Source of the DNA: Solirubrobacterales bacterium
GTDB lineage: Bacteria; Actinomycetota; Thermoleophilia; Solirubrobacterales; 70-9
DNA: 64,000 nucleotides
Direction: 5' to 3'
Assembly (NCBI GenBank): GCA_046330285.1
Contig: JAXLSX010000012.1
Coordinates: forward strand, 4,228 to 68,227
Within the stretch, counting starts at the first letter, position 1. The number at the start of each line of letters is the position of its first letter. The position numbers were made by a program, and so were the translations under genes. Shown one piece after another: positions 1-9,156 of this stretch. The notes under the pieces were generated by a model. The model had not been told where the DNA came from. It ran no database searches and worked only from the letters and a program-made list of their open reading frames with translations.

Positions 1-51
1 ACGCTCGGCCTGCTTGGGGTCGATCGTCGCGGTCTCGGGTGGCGGGTTCAT
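1..51 (-). CDS. 5' end of an unassigned CDS running off the left edge (MNPPPETATIDPKQAER...)
   Basis: ATG at 51..49, one nt after the Rieske gene stop, with GGAGG about 9 nt upstream. Only 17 codons are visible. Its position at the end of a suf operon is where DUF59/SufT-type genes often sit (inference only). Confidence 0.3.
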   Translation of the reverse strand, partial: MNPPPETATIDPKQAER

Positions 52-52
52 C

Positions 53-370
53 TCAGTCAACCTCCAGCTTGATTTGCCCATCCTCTGCCCGGACCGGGAA
101 GGTCTCGACCGGCGCGAAGGCGGGAAGGGTCTTGGGGCGGCCGGTCTTCAGGTCGAAGAGCGAGCCGTGCCGCGGGCATTCAACGGTACAGGCACCGGCG
201 TCGAACTCCCCCTCGGCGAGGGGACCGTCGTCGTGCGAGCAGCGATCCTCGATCGCGAGCAGCTCGCCGCCGCAGTTGAAGACGCCGATCTCGATCCCGT
301 CGACCTCGACGATCTTCTTCGCCCCCTCGGGGAGCTCTTCGACTGTGCACACGGTGTGGTCTGTCATCAA
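53..370 (-). CDS. Rieske [2Fe-2S] ferredoxin-like protein, suf-operon associated
   Basis: 105 aa with Rieske ligand boxes CSHDDGPL and CPRHGSLF at the typical spacing. Co-oriented immediately downstream of sufU. Confidence 0.9.
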   Translation of the reverse strand: MMTDHTVCTVEELPEGAKKIVEVDGIEIGVFNCGGELLAIEDRCSHDDGPLAEGEFDAGACTVECPRHGSLFDLKTGRPKTLPAFAPVETFPVRAEDGQIKLEVD

Positions 371-448
371 TCCCTACTTTGAGAGTCGGATTTTAGCGGG
401 CACCCGGCGGCGGGCCGGCGCGGGAAGCGCGAGGATGGCGCGACGAGC

Positions 449-1786
449 ATGAAACGAGCCGAGATCGAAATCGTCGGCGGCGCGGGGGAGATCGCGACCG
501 CCCCGCCCGACCCGATCAGAGTCGGCGCCGGAACGGCCTTCTGGGTCGGCGGCACGCTGGAGGCCGCGACCGACCCCGCGGGCGTCCGGATCCGGGCCCG
601 CGGACTCGAGTTCCCCCTCGACGCCGACTCGATGCCGGAGGAACGCAGCTACGACCGCGGCGCGCTCTGGTGGAGCCTCCTGACCGTTCCCGGCTCGTCC
701 GAGCCGGCCGCCGCCGATCCTCCGTCCCCCGAGCCGGCCGCGGGCTCGGCGCCGATCGCGATCTGCATGGCCACCTACGAGCCGGAGCCCGGCCGCCTTC
801 GCACCCAGCTCGACTCGATCCGGGCGCAGACCCGGACGGACTGGGTCTGCGTGATCAGCGACGACTGCTCCTCGTCCGAGGCGTTCGCGACCCTCGAGCG
901 CGCGGTCGGCGGCGACCCGAGGTTCGTCGTCGACCGCTCCCCCGAGCGGCTCGGCTTCCTCCGCAACTTCGAGCGGGCGATCTGCCTGGCGCCGTCGTCG
1001 GCATCGCTGATCGCCCTCGCCGACCAGGACGACTGCTGGCATCCGGACAAGCTCGAGGTGCTCGCCTCGGCGCTCGATGCGTCACCGGGATCGCTGCTCG
1101 CCTACAGCGACGTCCGGATCGCCGACGCCGGCGGCCGGGTCCTCTCCGACACCTACTTCTTCGAGCGCCGGAACAACTTCCGGAGCATGGCCTCGATGCT
1201 GATCACCAACAACGTCACCGGCGCCGCCTCGATGTTCCGGCGCGAGCTGCTCGCGGTTGCGCTCCCGTTCCCGCCGGGAGGCACCGGCCAGGAGCTCTAC
1301 CACGACCACTGGCTCGCGCTATGCGCGATGGCGACGGCTCCGCTCGCCTACGTCGACCGCCCGACCCACGACTACGTCCGCCACGGAGAATCGGTCACGG
1401 TGAGCGAGGCGGAGGGACACTGGGTGGCGCCGCCGAAGGGTCCGCTCGGGGCGGTCGCCATGCGGGCCCGGCGCGCCGCGCGCCGCTTCCGCCTCGCCGC
1501 TCGCAGCCCGGGCTGGCGCTCGGCCTACGTCGGGCGCTACATGCTGATCCTCCAGCTCGGCACCATTCTCCGGCTTCGCCTCGGCGCCCGGATCCTGCCC
1601 GAGCATCGCCGCGACATCGACCGCCTGATGGTCGCCGAGAGCTCACCGCGAGCCGCGCTCTGGCTGCTCGCCCGCTCGTTCCGCCCCTGGATCGGCCGCA
1701 ACGACACCCTCTCGCGCGAGCGGGTCGTCTTCGGCGGAATCATCTGGAGAAAGCTCGCCGGGCGGCGGGCAAGCCATAAACGCTGA
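449..1786 (+). CDS. Family 2 glycosyltransferase with an N-terminal extension of about 100 aa
   Basis: GT-A signature: ICMATYEPEPGRLRTQLDSIRAQT, VISDDCSS and DQDDCWHPDKL (DxD-like). Confidence 0.8.
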   Translation: MKRAEIEIVGGAGEIATAPPDPIRVGAGTAFWVGGTLEAATDPAGVRIRARGLEFPLDADSMPEERSYDRGALWWSLLTVPGSSEPAAADPPSPEPAAGSAPIAICMATYEPEPGRLRTQLDSIRAQTRTDWVCVISDDCSSSEAFATLERAVGGDPRFVVDRSPERLGFLRNFERAICLAPSSASLIALADQDDCWHPDKLEVLASALDASPGSLLAYSDVRIADAGGRVLSDTYFFERRNNFRSMASMLITNNVTGAASMFRRELLAVALPFPPGGTGQELYHDHWLALCAMATAPLAYVDRPTHDYVRHGESVTVSEAEGHWVAPPKGPLGAVAMRARRAARRFRLAARSPGWRSAYVGRYMLILQLGTILRLRLGARILPEHRRDIDRLMVAESSPRAALWLLARSFRPWIGRNDTLSRERVVFGGIIWRKLAGRRASHKR

Positions 1787-1880
1787 CTCGCGGTCAACTT
1801 TCAATTACGTGCCCTATGGAGGTGGTTTCTGACAGTTGACCTGGGGTCGACGCTCGGCTCGCCGTCCGGCCGCGAACGGC

Positions 1881-2306
1881 CTAGAGCTCGCCGGCCTGAG
1901 CGGGATCCCCGTCGACCCCCTCGTCCTCCCAATCGGCGGGCTCGCCGAGACTGGCGGACTTGACGACCTTGAGGCCGAGCATCGCGCACTTCATCCTCGT
2001 CGCGGAGATCTCGATTCCGAGCAGGTCGAGGACCGTCTCCTTCGGCAGGCGCAGGAGCTCCTCGCGGGTCATGCCGATCAACTCGTCGGTGAGCAGCGAG
2101 GTCGCCGCGGTCGAGATCGCGCAGCCCTGGCCCTCGAATGAGATCTCGGCGACCCTCCCCTCGTCGTCGAGCTTGATGAAGACGTGCTGCTCGTCGCCGC
2201 AGAACGGGTTCGTGTCCTCGTAGTCGAGGTCGAAGGAGTCGAGCCTGCCGAAGTTGTGCGGCCGCTTGTAGTGCTCGAGGATCTGGTCCCGATAGAGCTC
2301 GTCCAC
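1881..2306 (-). CDS. sufU: SufU/IscU-like Fe-S assembly sulfur-transfer protein
   Basis: 141 aa. YKRPHNFG, FCGD, GQGCAIS and MKCAMLG cysteine motifs. Directly downstream of sufS. Confidence 0.9.
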   Translation of the reverse strand: MDELYRDQILEHYKRPHNFGRLDSFDLDYEDTNPFCGDEQHVFIKLDDEGRVAEISFEGQGCAISTAATSLLTDELIGMTREELLRLPKETVLDLLGIEISATRMKCAMLGLKVVKSASLGEPADWEDEGVDGDPAQAGEL

Positions 2307-2309
2307 GGT

Positions 2310-3575
2310 TCAGACTCCGAAGACGCGCTTGGCGTCGTCGATCGCCTCGGCGAGCCGATCGATCTCCTCGCGCGTGGTGTAGATGCCGAAGCTCGCGCGG
2401 GCGGTAGCGGGGACCCCGAGGCGCTGCATCAGCGGCTGGGCGCAGTGATGGCCGGCGCGGACGGCGACGCCGTGACGGTCGAGGATCTCGGCGATGTCGT
2501 GGGGGTGGATGCCCTCGACCGCGAACGACACCGGGCCGATCCGCTCGGGCGATGCCGGGGGGCCGAAGACCGACAGGCCGGCGATCGCGGTCAGCCGCTC
2601 CATCGCGTAGGCGGTGATCTCCCGTTCGTGGACTAGCACGCGGTCCATCCCCGCAGCGTCGAGCCAGCGCAGCGCCGCCGCCATTCCGATCGCCTGGGCG
2701 ATCGCCGGGGTACCCGCCTCGAACTTGGCGGGCGGGTCGGCGTAGGTCGTCCCCTCCTTGGTGACCTTGCGGATCATCGAGCCCCCGCCGAGGAAGGGCG
2801 GCATCTCGCGGAGCAGGTCGAGCCGGGCCCAGAGCGCACCGATCCCGGTCGGGCCGTAGGCCTTGTGTCCGGTGACGGCGTAGAAGTCGACGCCGAGCGC
2901 GGCGACATCGACACCGAGCTTCGGCATCGACTGCGCGCCGTCGACGAGGATCAGCGCCCCGGCGTCGTGCGCCATCGCGGCGATCTCCGCGATCGGGTTG
3001 AGCGTGCCGAGCACGTTCGACAGATGAGTGATCGCCAGCAGCTTCGGGCTGCGCGCGAGCGCCGCCTCGAGCTCGGCGCTGATCAACTCGCCGTCGTCGT
3101 CGATCCCGACCCAGTCGATCTCGGCGCCGGTGGCCTCCGCGAGCTGCTGCCAGGGCACGATGTTCGAGTGGTGCTCCATCTCGGTGAGCACGATCCGGTC
3201 GCCGGGGCCGACGTTGGCGCCGCCCCAGGCGCGAGCCACGAGGTTGATCGCCTCGGTCGCGTTGCGGACGAAGACGATCTCGCGCCGGTCGGTGGCGCCG
3301 AGGTGGTCGGCGACGGTCGCCCGCGCGCCCTCGTAGGCGTCGGTGGCCTCGGCCGAGAGCGTGTGCGAGCCGCGGTGGACGTTGGAGTGATGGCGGCGCT
3401 CGTAGCGATCGACGGCCTCGATCGAGGCCAGCACGCGCTGGGAGCTCGCGCCCGAGTCGAGGTAGACGAGCGGCTCGTCGCCGATCATCCGGCTCAGGGT
3501 CGGGAAGGCGGCCCGGATCCGCTCGAGGTCGAGCGCTTCCGGGGCCGCGGTGCGATCGGAGGCGACCGATGCCAT
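2310..3575 (-). CDS. sufS: Cysteine desulfurase, SufS type (PLP-dependent)
   Basis: 421 aa. HSNVHRGSH, TGHKAYGPTGIGAL (PLP lysine) and RAGHHCAQP (active-site Cys). Confidence 0.93.
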   Translation of the reverse strand: MASVASDRTAAPEALDLERIRAAFPTLSRMIGDEPLVYLDSGASSQRVLASIEAVDRYERRHHSNVHRGSHTLSAEATDAYEGARATVADHLGATDRREIVFVRNATEAINLVARAWGGANVGPGDRIVLTEMEHHSNIVPWQQLAEATGAEIDWVGIDDDGELISAELEAALARSPKLLAITHLSNVLGTLNPIAEIAAMAHDAGALILVDGAQSMPKLGVDVAALGVDFYAVTGHKAYGPTGIGALWARLDLLREMPPFLGGGSMIRKVTKEGTTYADPPAKFEAGTPAIAQAIGMAAALRWLDAAGMDRVLVHEREITAYAMERLTAIAGLSVFGPPASPERIGPVSFAVEGIHPHDIAEILDRHGVAVRAGHHCAQPLMQRLGVPATARASFGIYTTREEIDRLAEAIDDAKRVFGV

Positions 3576-3594
3576 CTCGTCGCCGCGGCGGCGC

Positions 3595-4359
3595 TCAGGC
3601 GCCGGCCGCGACCTCCTCCTTGATCCAGCCGTAGCCCTTCTCCTCGAGCTCGCCGACGAGCTCGGGGCCGCCCTCCTTGACGATCCGGCCCTCGTACATG
3701 ACGTGGACGCGATCGGGCTCGACCATGTGGAGGATCCGCTGGTAGTGGGTGATGATCAGGACGCCCATGTCGGGGCCCGCGAACCGGTTGACGCCCTCGG
3801 CGACGGTCCGCAGCGCGTCGATGTCGAGGCCGGAGTCGGTCTCGTCGAGGACCGCGATCTTCGGCTTCAGCAGCGCCATCTGCAGCATCTCCATCCGCTT
3901 CTTCTCGCCGCCGGAGAAGCCGTCGTTCAGGTAGCGGCTCGAGAAGTCGCGAGGGATGTCCATCATCTCCATCGCCTCCTGCGTCGTCCGGGCGAAGTCC
4001 TTGAGCTTGATCTCGGGCTCACCGGCCGCCTCGCGCTTGGCGTTGACGATCATCCGCAGGTACTTGGCGACGGTCACGCCGGGAACGGCGACGGGGTACT
4101 GGAAGGCCATGAAGAGCCCGGCGCGGGAGCGCTCGTCGGGGGAGGACTCGGTGACGTCCTCGCCGTCGAAGTCGATCGAGCCGTCGGTCACCTCGAGCGA
4201 GGGATGGCCCATGATCGAGTTCGCGAGGGTCGACTTGCCGGAGCCGTTCGGCCCCATCAGCGCGTGAACCTCGCCGCGGCTGACCTCCAGGTTCAGCCCC
4301 TTGAGGATCTCCTTGTCCTCCGCGGACACGTGCAGGTTCTTGATCTCGAGATCAGCCAA
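3595..4359 (-). CDS. sufC: Fe-S cluster assembly ATPase SufC
   Basis: 254 aa. Walker A GPNGSGKST, the typical SufC N-terminus LEIKNLHV, FSGGEKKR and LDETDSGLD. Confidence 0.95.
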   Translation of the reverse strand: MADLEIKNLHVSAEDKEILKGLNLEVSRGEVHALMGPNGSGKSTLANSIMGHPSLEVTDGSIDFDGEDVTESSPDERSRAGLFMAFQYPVAVPGVTVAKYLRMIVNAKREAAGEPEIKLKDFARTTQEAMEMMDIPRDFSSRYLNDGFSGGEKKRMEMLQMALLKPKIAVLDETDSGLDIDALRTVAEGVNRFAGPDMGVLIITHYQRILHMVEPDRVHVMYEGRIVKEGGPELVGELEEKGYGWIKEEVAAGA

Positions 4360-4402
4360 TTCGACTCCAGTTCTCAGTTCGTTTCGGGATTGCGCGGGAC
4401 GC

Positions 4403-4873
4403 TCAGGCGGCGCCGGCCGCGACCGTTTTCAGCTTCCTGTCGCGGTTCTCGAACTCGATCAGCTCCGCGAGGGTGGTGCCCGCCAGCGCCCGGGTGATGC
4501 CGCCGTGGACCCTGGTCCAGAGCAGCTTCGTCGAGCAGGCGGCGTCACCGTCCGACTCGTGCGAGCAGAGCACCCGACCGTCGACGCCGTCGACGAAGCA
4601 GTCCATCGGGGCGATCGGTCCTTCGAGTGCCTCGACGACCTCGAGCATGCGGATGTCCTCGGCCGGGACGGCGAGGCGGTAGCCGCCGTGGGCTCCCCGC
4701 TGCGAGCTGACCAGGCCGGCATCGCGCAGCTTCGCCACGAGATGCTCGAGGTAGGAGAGGGGGAGGGTCTCCGAGTCGGCGAGCGACGCGAGCGCAACCG
4801 GGCGCTCACCGCCCTGCCGGCCGAGGGCGACCATCAGTCGCACCCCGTATTCGGCCTTGGTCGAAAACAGCAT
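4403..4873 (-). CDS. Rrf2 family transcriptional regulator (IscR/SufR-like role)
   Basis: 156 aa. N-terminus STKAEYGVRLMVAL, winged helix LVSSQRGAHGGYRL, and C-terminal Cys residues. Heads the suf genes. Confidence 0.85.
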   Translation of the reverse strand: MLFSTKAEYGVRLMVALGRQGGERPVALASLADSETLPLSYLEHLVAKLRDAGLVSSQRGAHGGYRLAVPAEDIRMLEVVEALEGPIAPMDCFVDGVDGRVLCSHESDGDAACSTKLLWTRVHGGITRALAGTTLAELIEFENRDRKLKTVAAGAA

Positions 4874-4883
4874 GGGCCAAATC

Positions 4884-5537
4884 CTAGCGATCAGGTCGGT
4901 TTTGCTGCATGGCCTGCAGCCGCTCCTTGATCAGCCGCCACGGATGGATGTCGGCCGTGCCGGCCGCCGCCGTCCGCAGCGCTCGCCCGAGCGCGGTGCC
5001 CTTCACCTCGCCGGGCGGCACCTCGATGATCAGCTCGAGGTAGCCGTCGGGCGTCCGCTTCGGCCCGGTCGTGCGCGCGTCGATCGACTGGAAGAGGTCG
5101 ATCGCCTCCGAGTTCTCCTGCAGCACGAGGGCGACGAACCGCTCGATCCCGTTCTCGGATGCGCGCTCGGTCAGCCGTTCGAGCAGCGCCGTGCCCGCAC
5201 CCTTGCCCTGCCAGTCGTCGACGACCACGACCGCGACCTCGGCGGTGTCGGGCTCGTCGCCGCGAACGTAGCGGGCGACGCCGACCGTCCCGCCGTCGTC
5301 GTCGAAGGCGATCACGGCCTCGTGGTCGTGGTGGTCGACCTCGGTCAGGTAGGCGAGGTCGGTCGCCGACAGCCGGTCGAGCGAGGAGAAGAAGCGGCGG
5401 TAGCGCGACTCGGGGCTGAGCCGGGAGAAGCCGCTCGCGATCGCGTCCTTGTCGGTCGGCATCACCTCCCGGAGCTCGATGAAGGAGCCGTCCCGGAGCT
5501 TTCGGCGACTGGGATTGTGTGAGACTGCAGCGGCCAC
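4884..5537 (-). CDS. GNAT family N-acetyltransferase
   Basis: Acetyl-CoA motif VVDDWQGKGAGTALLERL. The start is trimmed to the in-frame GTG at 5537, because the longest ORF (to 5642) overlaps the divergent methyltransferase. Start uncertain. Confidence 0.7.
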   Translation of the reverse strand: MAAAVSHNPSRRKLRDGSFIELREVMPTDKDAIASGFSRLSPESRYRRFFSSLDRLSATDLAYLTEVDHHDHEAVIAFDDDGGTVGVARYVRGDEPDTAEVAVVVVDDWQGKGAGTALLERLTERASENGIERFVALVLQENSEAIDLFQSIDARTTGPKRTPDGYLELIIEVPPGEVKGTALGRALRTAAAGTADIHPWRLIKERLQAMQQNRPDR

Positions 5538-5583
5538 GGCGGTCCCCGATTGCGGATCGGATCGGGGCAGCAAGGTACCCCAG

Positions 5584-6465
5584 GTGAGCGCGATCAAGAA
5601 GCAGACCTTCCGCGAGCGCGCCCGCTCGGTGCTGAAGAGCATCTGGTACTCGCCGCGCTTCCGCGCCGTCGCCTTCGCTCCGGTCGACGCGCTCGACCGG
5701 ATCCGCGGCCGCGACCCGCTGCTGCCGCCGCGACGGCTCCAGTACGTCGGCCGCCGCGAGGACTTCGCCCCGGTCGGGGCCTACTGGCGCGATCGCCTCG
5801 TCCGCGACAACGGGCTCGGTCCGGACGGCGACGTCCTCGACATCGGCTGCGGCATCGGCCGTGCCGCGGTGGCGCTGATCCCGCAGCTGCCCGAGGGCCG
5901 CTACGAGGGCTTCGACGTCGTCCCGCAGTTCATCGCCTGGTGCTCGCGCGAGATCACGTCGAGGCACCCGAACTTCCGCTTCCAGGTGGCCGACGTGCGC
6001 AACCGCCAGTACAACCCTCGCGGCGACGTGCCGCCCTCCGCCTACGAGTTCCCCTTCGCCGCCGACGGATTCGACGCGGCGCTCGCGGCCTCGGTCTTCA
6101 CCCACATGGAGCCCGACGGAGTCCGCCGCTACCTCGGCGAGGCCGTGCGCGTCCTCCGGCCCGGCGGAGTCCTCGTCGCCACCTTCTTCCTCGTCGACGC
6201 CGCGACCGAGGAGCTCCTGGCCGGCACGGCGCCGGCCTTCCGCCTGGATCACCGCCTGACCGACGCGGCGGGCGAGCCCTATCTCGCGGCCGACCCGCGG
6301 GTCCCCGAGTTCTGCGTCGGGCTGTTCGAGGCCCAGCTCCTGACGGCAGCGGCCGAGGCCGGCTTCGAACCGGGCCCGGACATCGAGCGCGGATGGTGGT
6401 CCGGTCGCGAGGTCCCCGCGGGCGCCCCGTACCAGGACGTCGTCACGCTCCGCAAGCCCGCCTGA
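5584..6465 (+). CDS. Class I SAM-dependent methyltransferase
   Basis: Motif I VLDIGCGIGRAA and post-I/III LRPGGVLVATFF. The start is placed at the in-frame GTG at 5584 (the longest ORF starts at 5449 and overlaps the GNAT gene). Start uncertain. Confidence 0.75.
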   Translation: MSAIKKQTFRERARSVLKSIWYSPRFRAVAFAPVDALDRIRGRDPLLPPRRLQYVGRREDFAPVGAYWRDRLVRDNGLGPDGDVLDIGCGIGRAAVALIPQLPEGRYEGFDVVPQFIAWCSREITSRHPNFRFQVADVRNRQYNPRGDVPPSAYEFPFAADGFDAALAASVFTHMEPDGVRRYLGEAVRVLRPGGVLVATFFLVDAATEELLAGTAPAFRLDHRLTDAAGEPYLAADPRVPEFCVGLFEAQLLTAAAEAGFEPGPDIERGWWSGREVPAGAPYQDVVTLRKPA

Positions 6466-6474
6466 GGGCGGGCG

Positions 6475-7104
6475 TCAGGGTTCGATCAGGCCGCGGCGGA
6501 TCGCGTAGCGGACGAGTTCGACGCGGTCCCGCATCCCGAGCTTCCGCATCGCGTTCGAGCGGTGGTTCTCGGCGGTCTTCTCGGCGAGGCCGAGGATCTC
6601 GGCGATCTCCTTGTTCGTGTGCGCCTCGGCGACGAGCTTGACGACCTCCTCCTCGCGCGGCGTCAGCTCCTCGCCGCGGTTCTCGCCGCCGTCGAGGACG
6701 TCGCGGATCAACGCCTGCTGAGCCTCGGGTGTGAGGAAGGGCTCGCCGCGCTCGACCGCCCGGATCGCGTCGATCAGCTCGCGGTCGGCGGCACGCTTGA
6801 GCACGTAGCCGGAGGCCCCCGCCTTCAGAGCCTCGAACAGATAACGGTCCTCGTCGTGCATCGACAGGACGAGGACGGAGACGTCGGGGGCGGTCTCGCG
6901 GATCGCCTTGGTCGCCTCGAGCCCGCCCATACGCGGCATCTTCACGTCGAGGATCGCGAGGTCGGGCCGGAACTCGAGCGCGCGGTCGCGCGCTTCGACG
7001 CCGTCGCCGGCCTCGGCGACGACCTCGATCCCGTCCTCGCTCTCGAGCAGCTTTCGCAGGCCCGACCGGACGATCCCGTGGTCGTCGGCGATCAGGACCC
7101 TCAT
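6475..7104 (-). CDS. NarL/LuxR-family response regulator
   Basis: 209 aa. Receiver domain (VLIADDH, ILDVKMP) plus a C-terminal LuxR HTH (LTPREEEVVKLVAEAHTNKEIA). 4-nt overlap with the kinase gene. Confidence 0.9.
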   Translation of the reverse strand: MRVLIADDHGIVRSGLRKLLESEDGIEVVAEAGDGVEARDRALEFRPDLAILDVKMPRMGGLEATKAIRETAPDVSVLVLSMHDEDRYLFEALKAGASGYVLKRAADRELIDAIRAVERGEPFLTPEAQQALIRDVLDGGENRGEELTPREEEVVKLVAEAHTNKEIAEILGLAEKTAENHRSNAMRKLGMRDRVELVRYAIRRGLIEP

Positions 7105-8144
7105 CGGGCCGCGCTCCTGCTCTCGATGCCGTTCATGGCGATCTCATCGGCAGTTCGGGCCCGGAGCGTTACCCGCGTCCCCGCGCCCGGCACGGATTCG
7201 ACCACGAGCGAGCCGCCGCAGAGCAGCGCCCGCTCCCGCATCCCGGCGATCCCGAGCTTCTCGTCGCCGCGGCCGCCCTCGAATCCGGCGCCGTCGTCGC
7301 TGACCCGGAGCTCGATCGCGTCGCCGGATCCGATCAACCGCACCCGCATGTGCTGTGCGTCGGCGTGCTGGACGACGTTGGTGACGGCCTCCTGGGCGAC
7401 CCGGTAGGTGACGAGCTGGAGGTCGTCGGAGAGGCCGTCGAGATCGCCCTCGACCTCGAACCCCGCCTGGATCCCGGCCTCGCGCTCGACCTCCTCGACG
7501 AGGGTGGCCAGCGCCGCCTTCAGCCCGAGATCGTCGAGGGTTGTCGGGCGCAGGCCGCGGGCGATGTCGAGGAGCTCCCGCATCGCTCGCGAGATCAGCG
7601 AGCCGATCTCGCCCAGCTCGGACGCGGCCTCGGGGTCGTCCGACTGCCGCCGCATCGCCTCGAGGCGGAGCAGGATCGCGGTCAACGCCTGGTTGACCTC
7701 GTCGTGCAGGTCGCGGGCGATCCGCTCGCGCTCGCGCTCCTGAGCGCCGAGGGCGGAGTTGGCGGCGCCGCGCCGCTCGGCCTCGAGTCGTTCGAGCATC
7801 GCGTGGAACGAGCGCTCGATGCTGACCACCTCGGTCGGACCGGTGGTGACGACGGGTGGCTCCGGCGGCTTGCTCAGGTCGGCCTCCTCCATCTCGGCCG
7901 CGAGCCGCTCGAGCGGCTGGAAGCGCCGCGCGAGCATCCAGATGTTGACGGCGACCGTCGCCGCCACGGCGAAACCGAGCACGAGCCCGACCGATGCGTT
8001 GTCGCGAAGCGCGCTGTCGGGGTTCGACGCGATCGAGGCGGCGATCACCGCCGCGGCGATCAGCAGCAGGTTGACCAGGAGGACCTGGGTGAGGAGCGTT
8101 CCGCGGCGCATCACCTCCCAATCGACCGCATCGCGATCGGCCAT
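7101..8144 (-). CDS. Sensor histidine kinase, HisKA_3 (NarX/LiaS-like), intramembrane-sensing type
   Basis: Two N-terminal TM helices separated by a loop of about 12 aa. H-box ERERIARDLHDEVNQ. HATPase motifs NVVQHA, DDGAGF and GIAGMRER. Confidence 0.88.
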   Translation of the reverse strand: MADRDAVDWEVMRRGTLLTQVLLVNLLLIAAAVIAASIASNPDSALRDNASVGLVLGFAVAATVAVNIWMLARRFQPLERLAAEMEEADLSKPPEPPVVTTGPTEVVSIERSFHAMLERLEAERRGAANSALGAQERERERIARDLHDEVNQALTAILLRLEAMRRQSDDPEAASELGEIGSLISRAMRELLDIARGLRPTTLDDLGLKAALATLVEEVEREAGIQAGFEVEGDLDGLSDDLQLVTYRVAQEAVTNVVQHADAQHMRVRLIGSGDAIELRVSDDGAGFEGGRGDEKLGIAGMRERALLCGGSLVVESVPGAGTRVTLRARTADEIAMNGIESRSAAR

Positions 8145-8247
8145 TAGCCGCGCATCGTCGCCAATCCCCGGAAACCCTTGATTAGGGACCCCTTATCCGG
8201 GTCTGCAACCATTCCCGGCTCACCGAGACGCCACAGGAGGCACCCCG

Positions 8248-9117
8248 ATGACGACCACCAAGAGTTCGAACTGGGCCGCGGGAATCCGCACCACGCTGTT
8301 GCTTGCCGGGCTGACCGGCCTGCTCGTCGTCATCGGCGCCCTGATCGGTGGGCCGCAGACTGCCCTGCTGTTCCTCGGCATCGGGCTCGTCATGAACCTC
8401 GGCGTCTACTGGTTCAGCGACAAGATCGCCCTCAAGTCGGCCGGCGCCCAGCCGATCACCGAGGAGCAGGCGCCGCAGATCTACGAGATGGTCCGCGAGC
8501 TGACCACCGCGGCCAAGATGCCGATGCCCGCGCTCTACGTGATCCCCCAGGAGGCGCCGAACGCGTTCGCGACCGGCCGCAGCCCCGAGAAGGCCGCCGT
8601 CGCCGTCACCGCCGGGATCACCAAGCTGCTCTCGCCCGACGAGCTCCGCGGCGTCCTCGCCCACGAGCTCGCGCACATCCGCAACCGCGACACGCTGATT
8701 CAGGCCGTCGCCGCCGCGATCGGCGGCGCGATCACCTACCTCGGCTACATGCTGCTCTGGTTCGGCGGCGACGACGAGAGCCCGCTCGGGCTGATCGCGT
8801 CGCTGGCACTGGTCCTGCTCGCCCCGATCGCCGCGTCGATCATCCAGCTCTCGATCTCCCGCCAGCGCGAGTATTCCGCCGACGCGACGGGCGCCCAGAT
8901 CTGCGGCAACCCCGAGAGCCTCGCGTCGGCACTGCTCCGCCTCGAGGAGGGAAGCAAGGCGATCCCGATGAAGGTCAACGAGTCGACCGAGTGCCTGTAC
9001 ATCGTCAAGCCGCTCGCCGGCGGCAAGGGGAAGGCGATGGCGAACCTGTTCAGCACCCATCCTCCGATCGAGGAGCGGGTGCGGCGCCTGCGCCAGATGC
9101 GACCCGCTCTGGGCTGA
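8248..9117 (+). CDS. htpX: Zinc metalloprotease HtpX (peptidase M48)
   Basis: 289 aa. HELAHIRNRD zinc motif, multiple TM helices, C-terminal STHPPIEERV. AGGAGG RBS upstream. Confidence 0.92.
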   Translation: MTTTKSSNWAAGIRTTLLLAGLTGLLVVIGALIGGPQTALLFLGIGLVMNLGVYWFSDKIALKSAGAQPITEEQAPQIYEMVRELTTAAKMPMPALYVIPQEAPNAFATGRSPEKAAVAVTAGITKLLSPDELRGVLAHELAHIRNRDTLIQAVAAAIGGAITYLGYMLLWFGGDDESPLGLIASLALVLLAPIAASIIQLSISRQREYSADATGAQICGNPESLASALLRLEEGSKAIPMKVNESTECLYIVKPLAGGKGKAMANLFSTHPPIEERVRRLRQMRPALG

Positions 9118-9136
9118 TCGACGGCGCGATTCCGAG

Positions 9137-9156
9137 TCGCTATACTTTCTGAAGTA
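9137..9156 (+). promoter_or_regulatory. AT-rich element TCGCTATACTTTCTGAAGTA (TATACT box plus ACTT-N4-AAGT) abutting the start codon
   Basis: TANNNT-type -10 at 9141..9146, 10 nt before the ATG, with no SD. 16 of 20 positions are identical to 23596..23615 upstream of cysM. Confidence 0.4.

Noticed and set aside
1816-1839. 7-codon mini-ORF (MEVVSDS) preceded by GGAGGTG-like sequence in the GT2/sufU spacer
   Set aside because: The putative SD overlaps the ORF itself, the ORF is far too short to evaluate, and it lies in a convergent terminator region.
4891-6252. 453-aa minus-strand ORF overlapping the GNAT and methyltransferase genes
   Set aside because: The composition is Arg-rich low-complexity sequence. 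It competes with two frames that carry acetyl-CoA and SAM-binding motifs.
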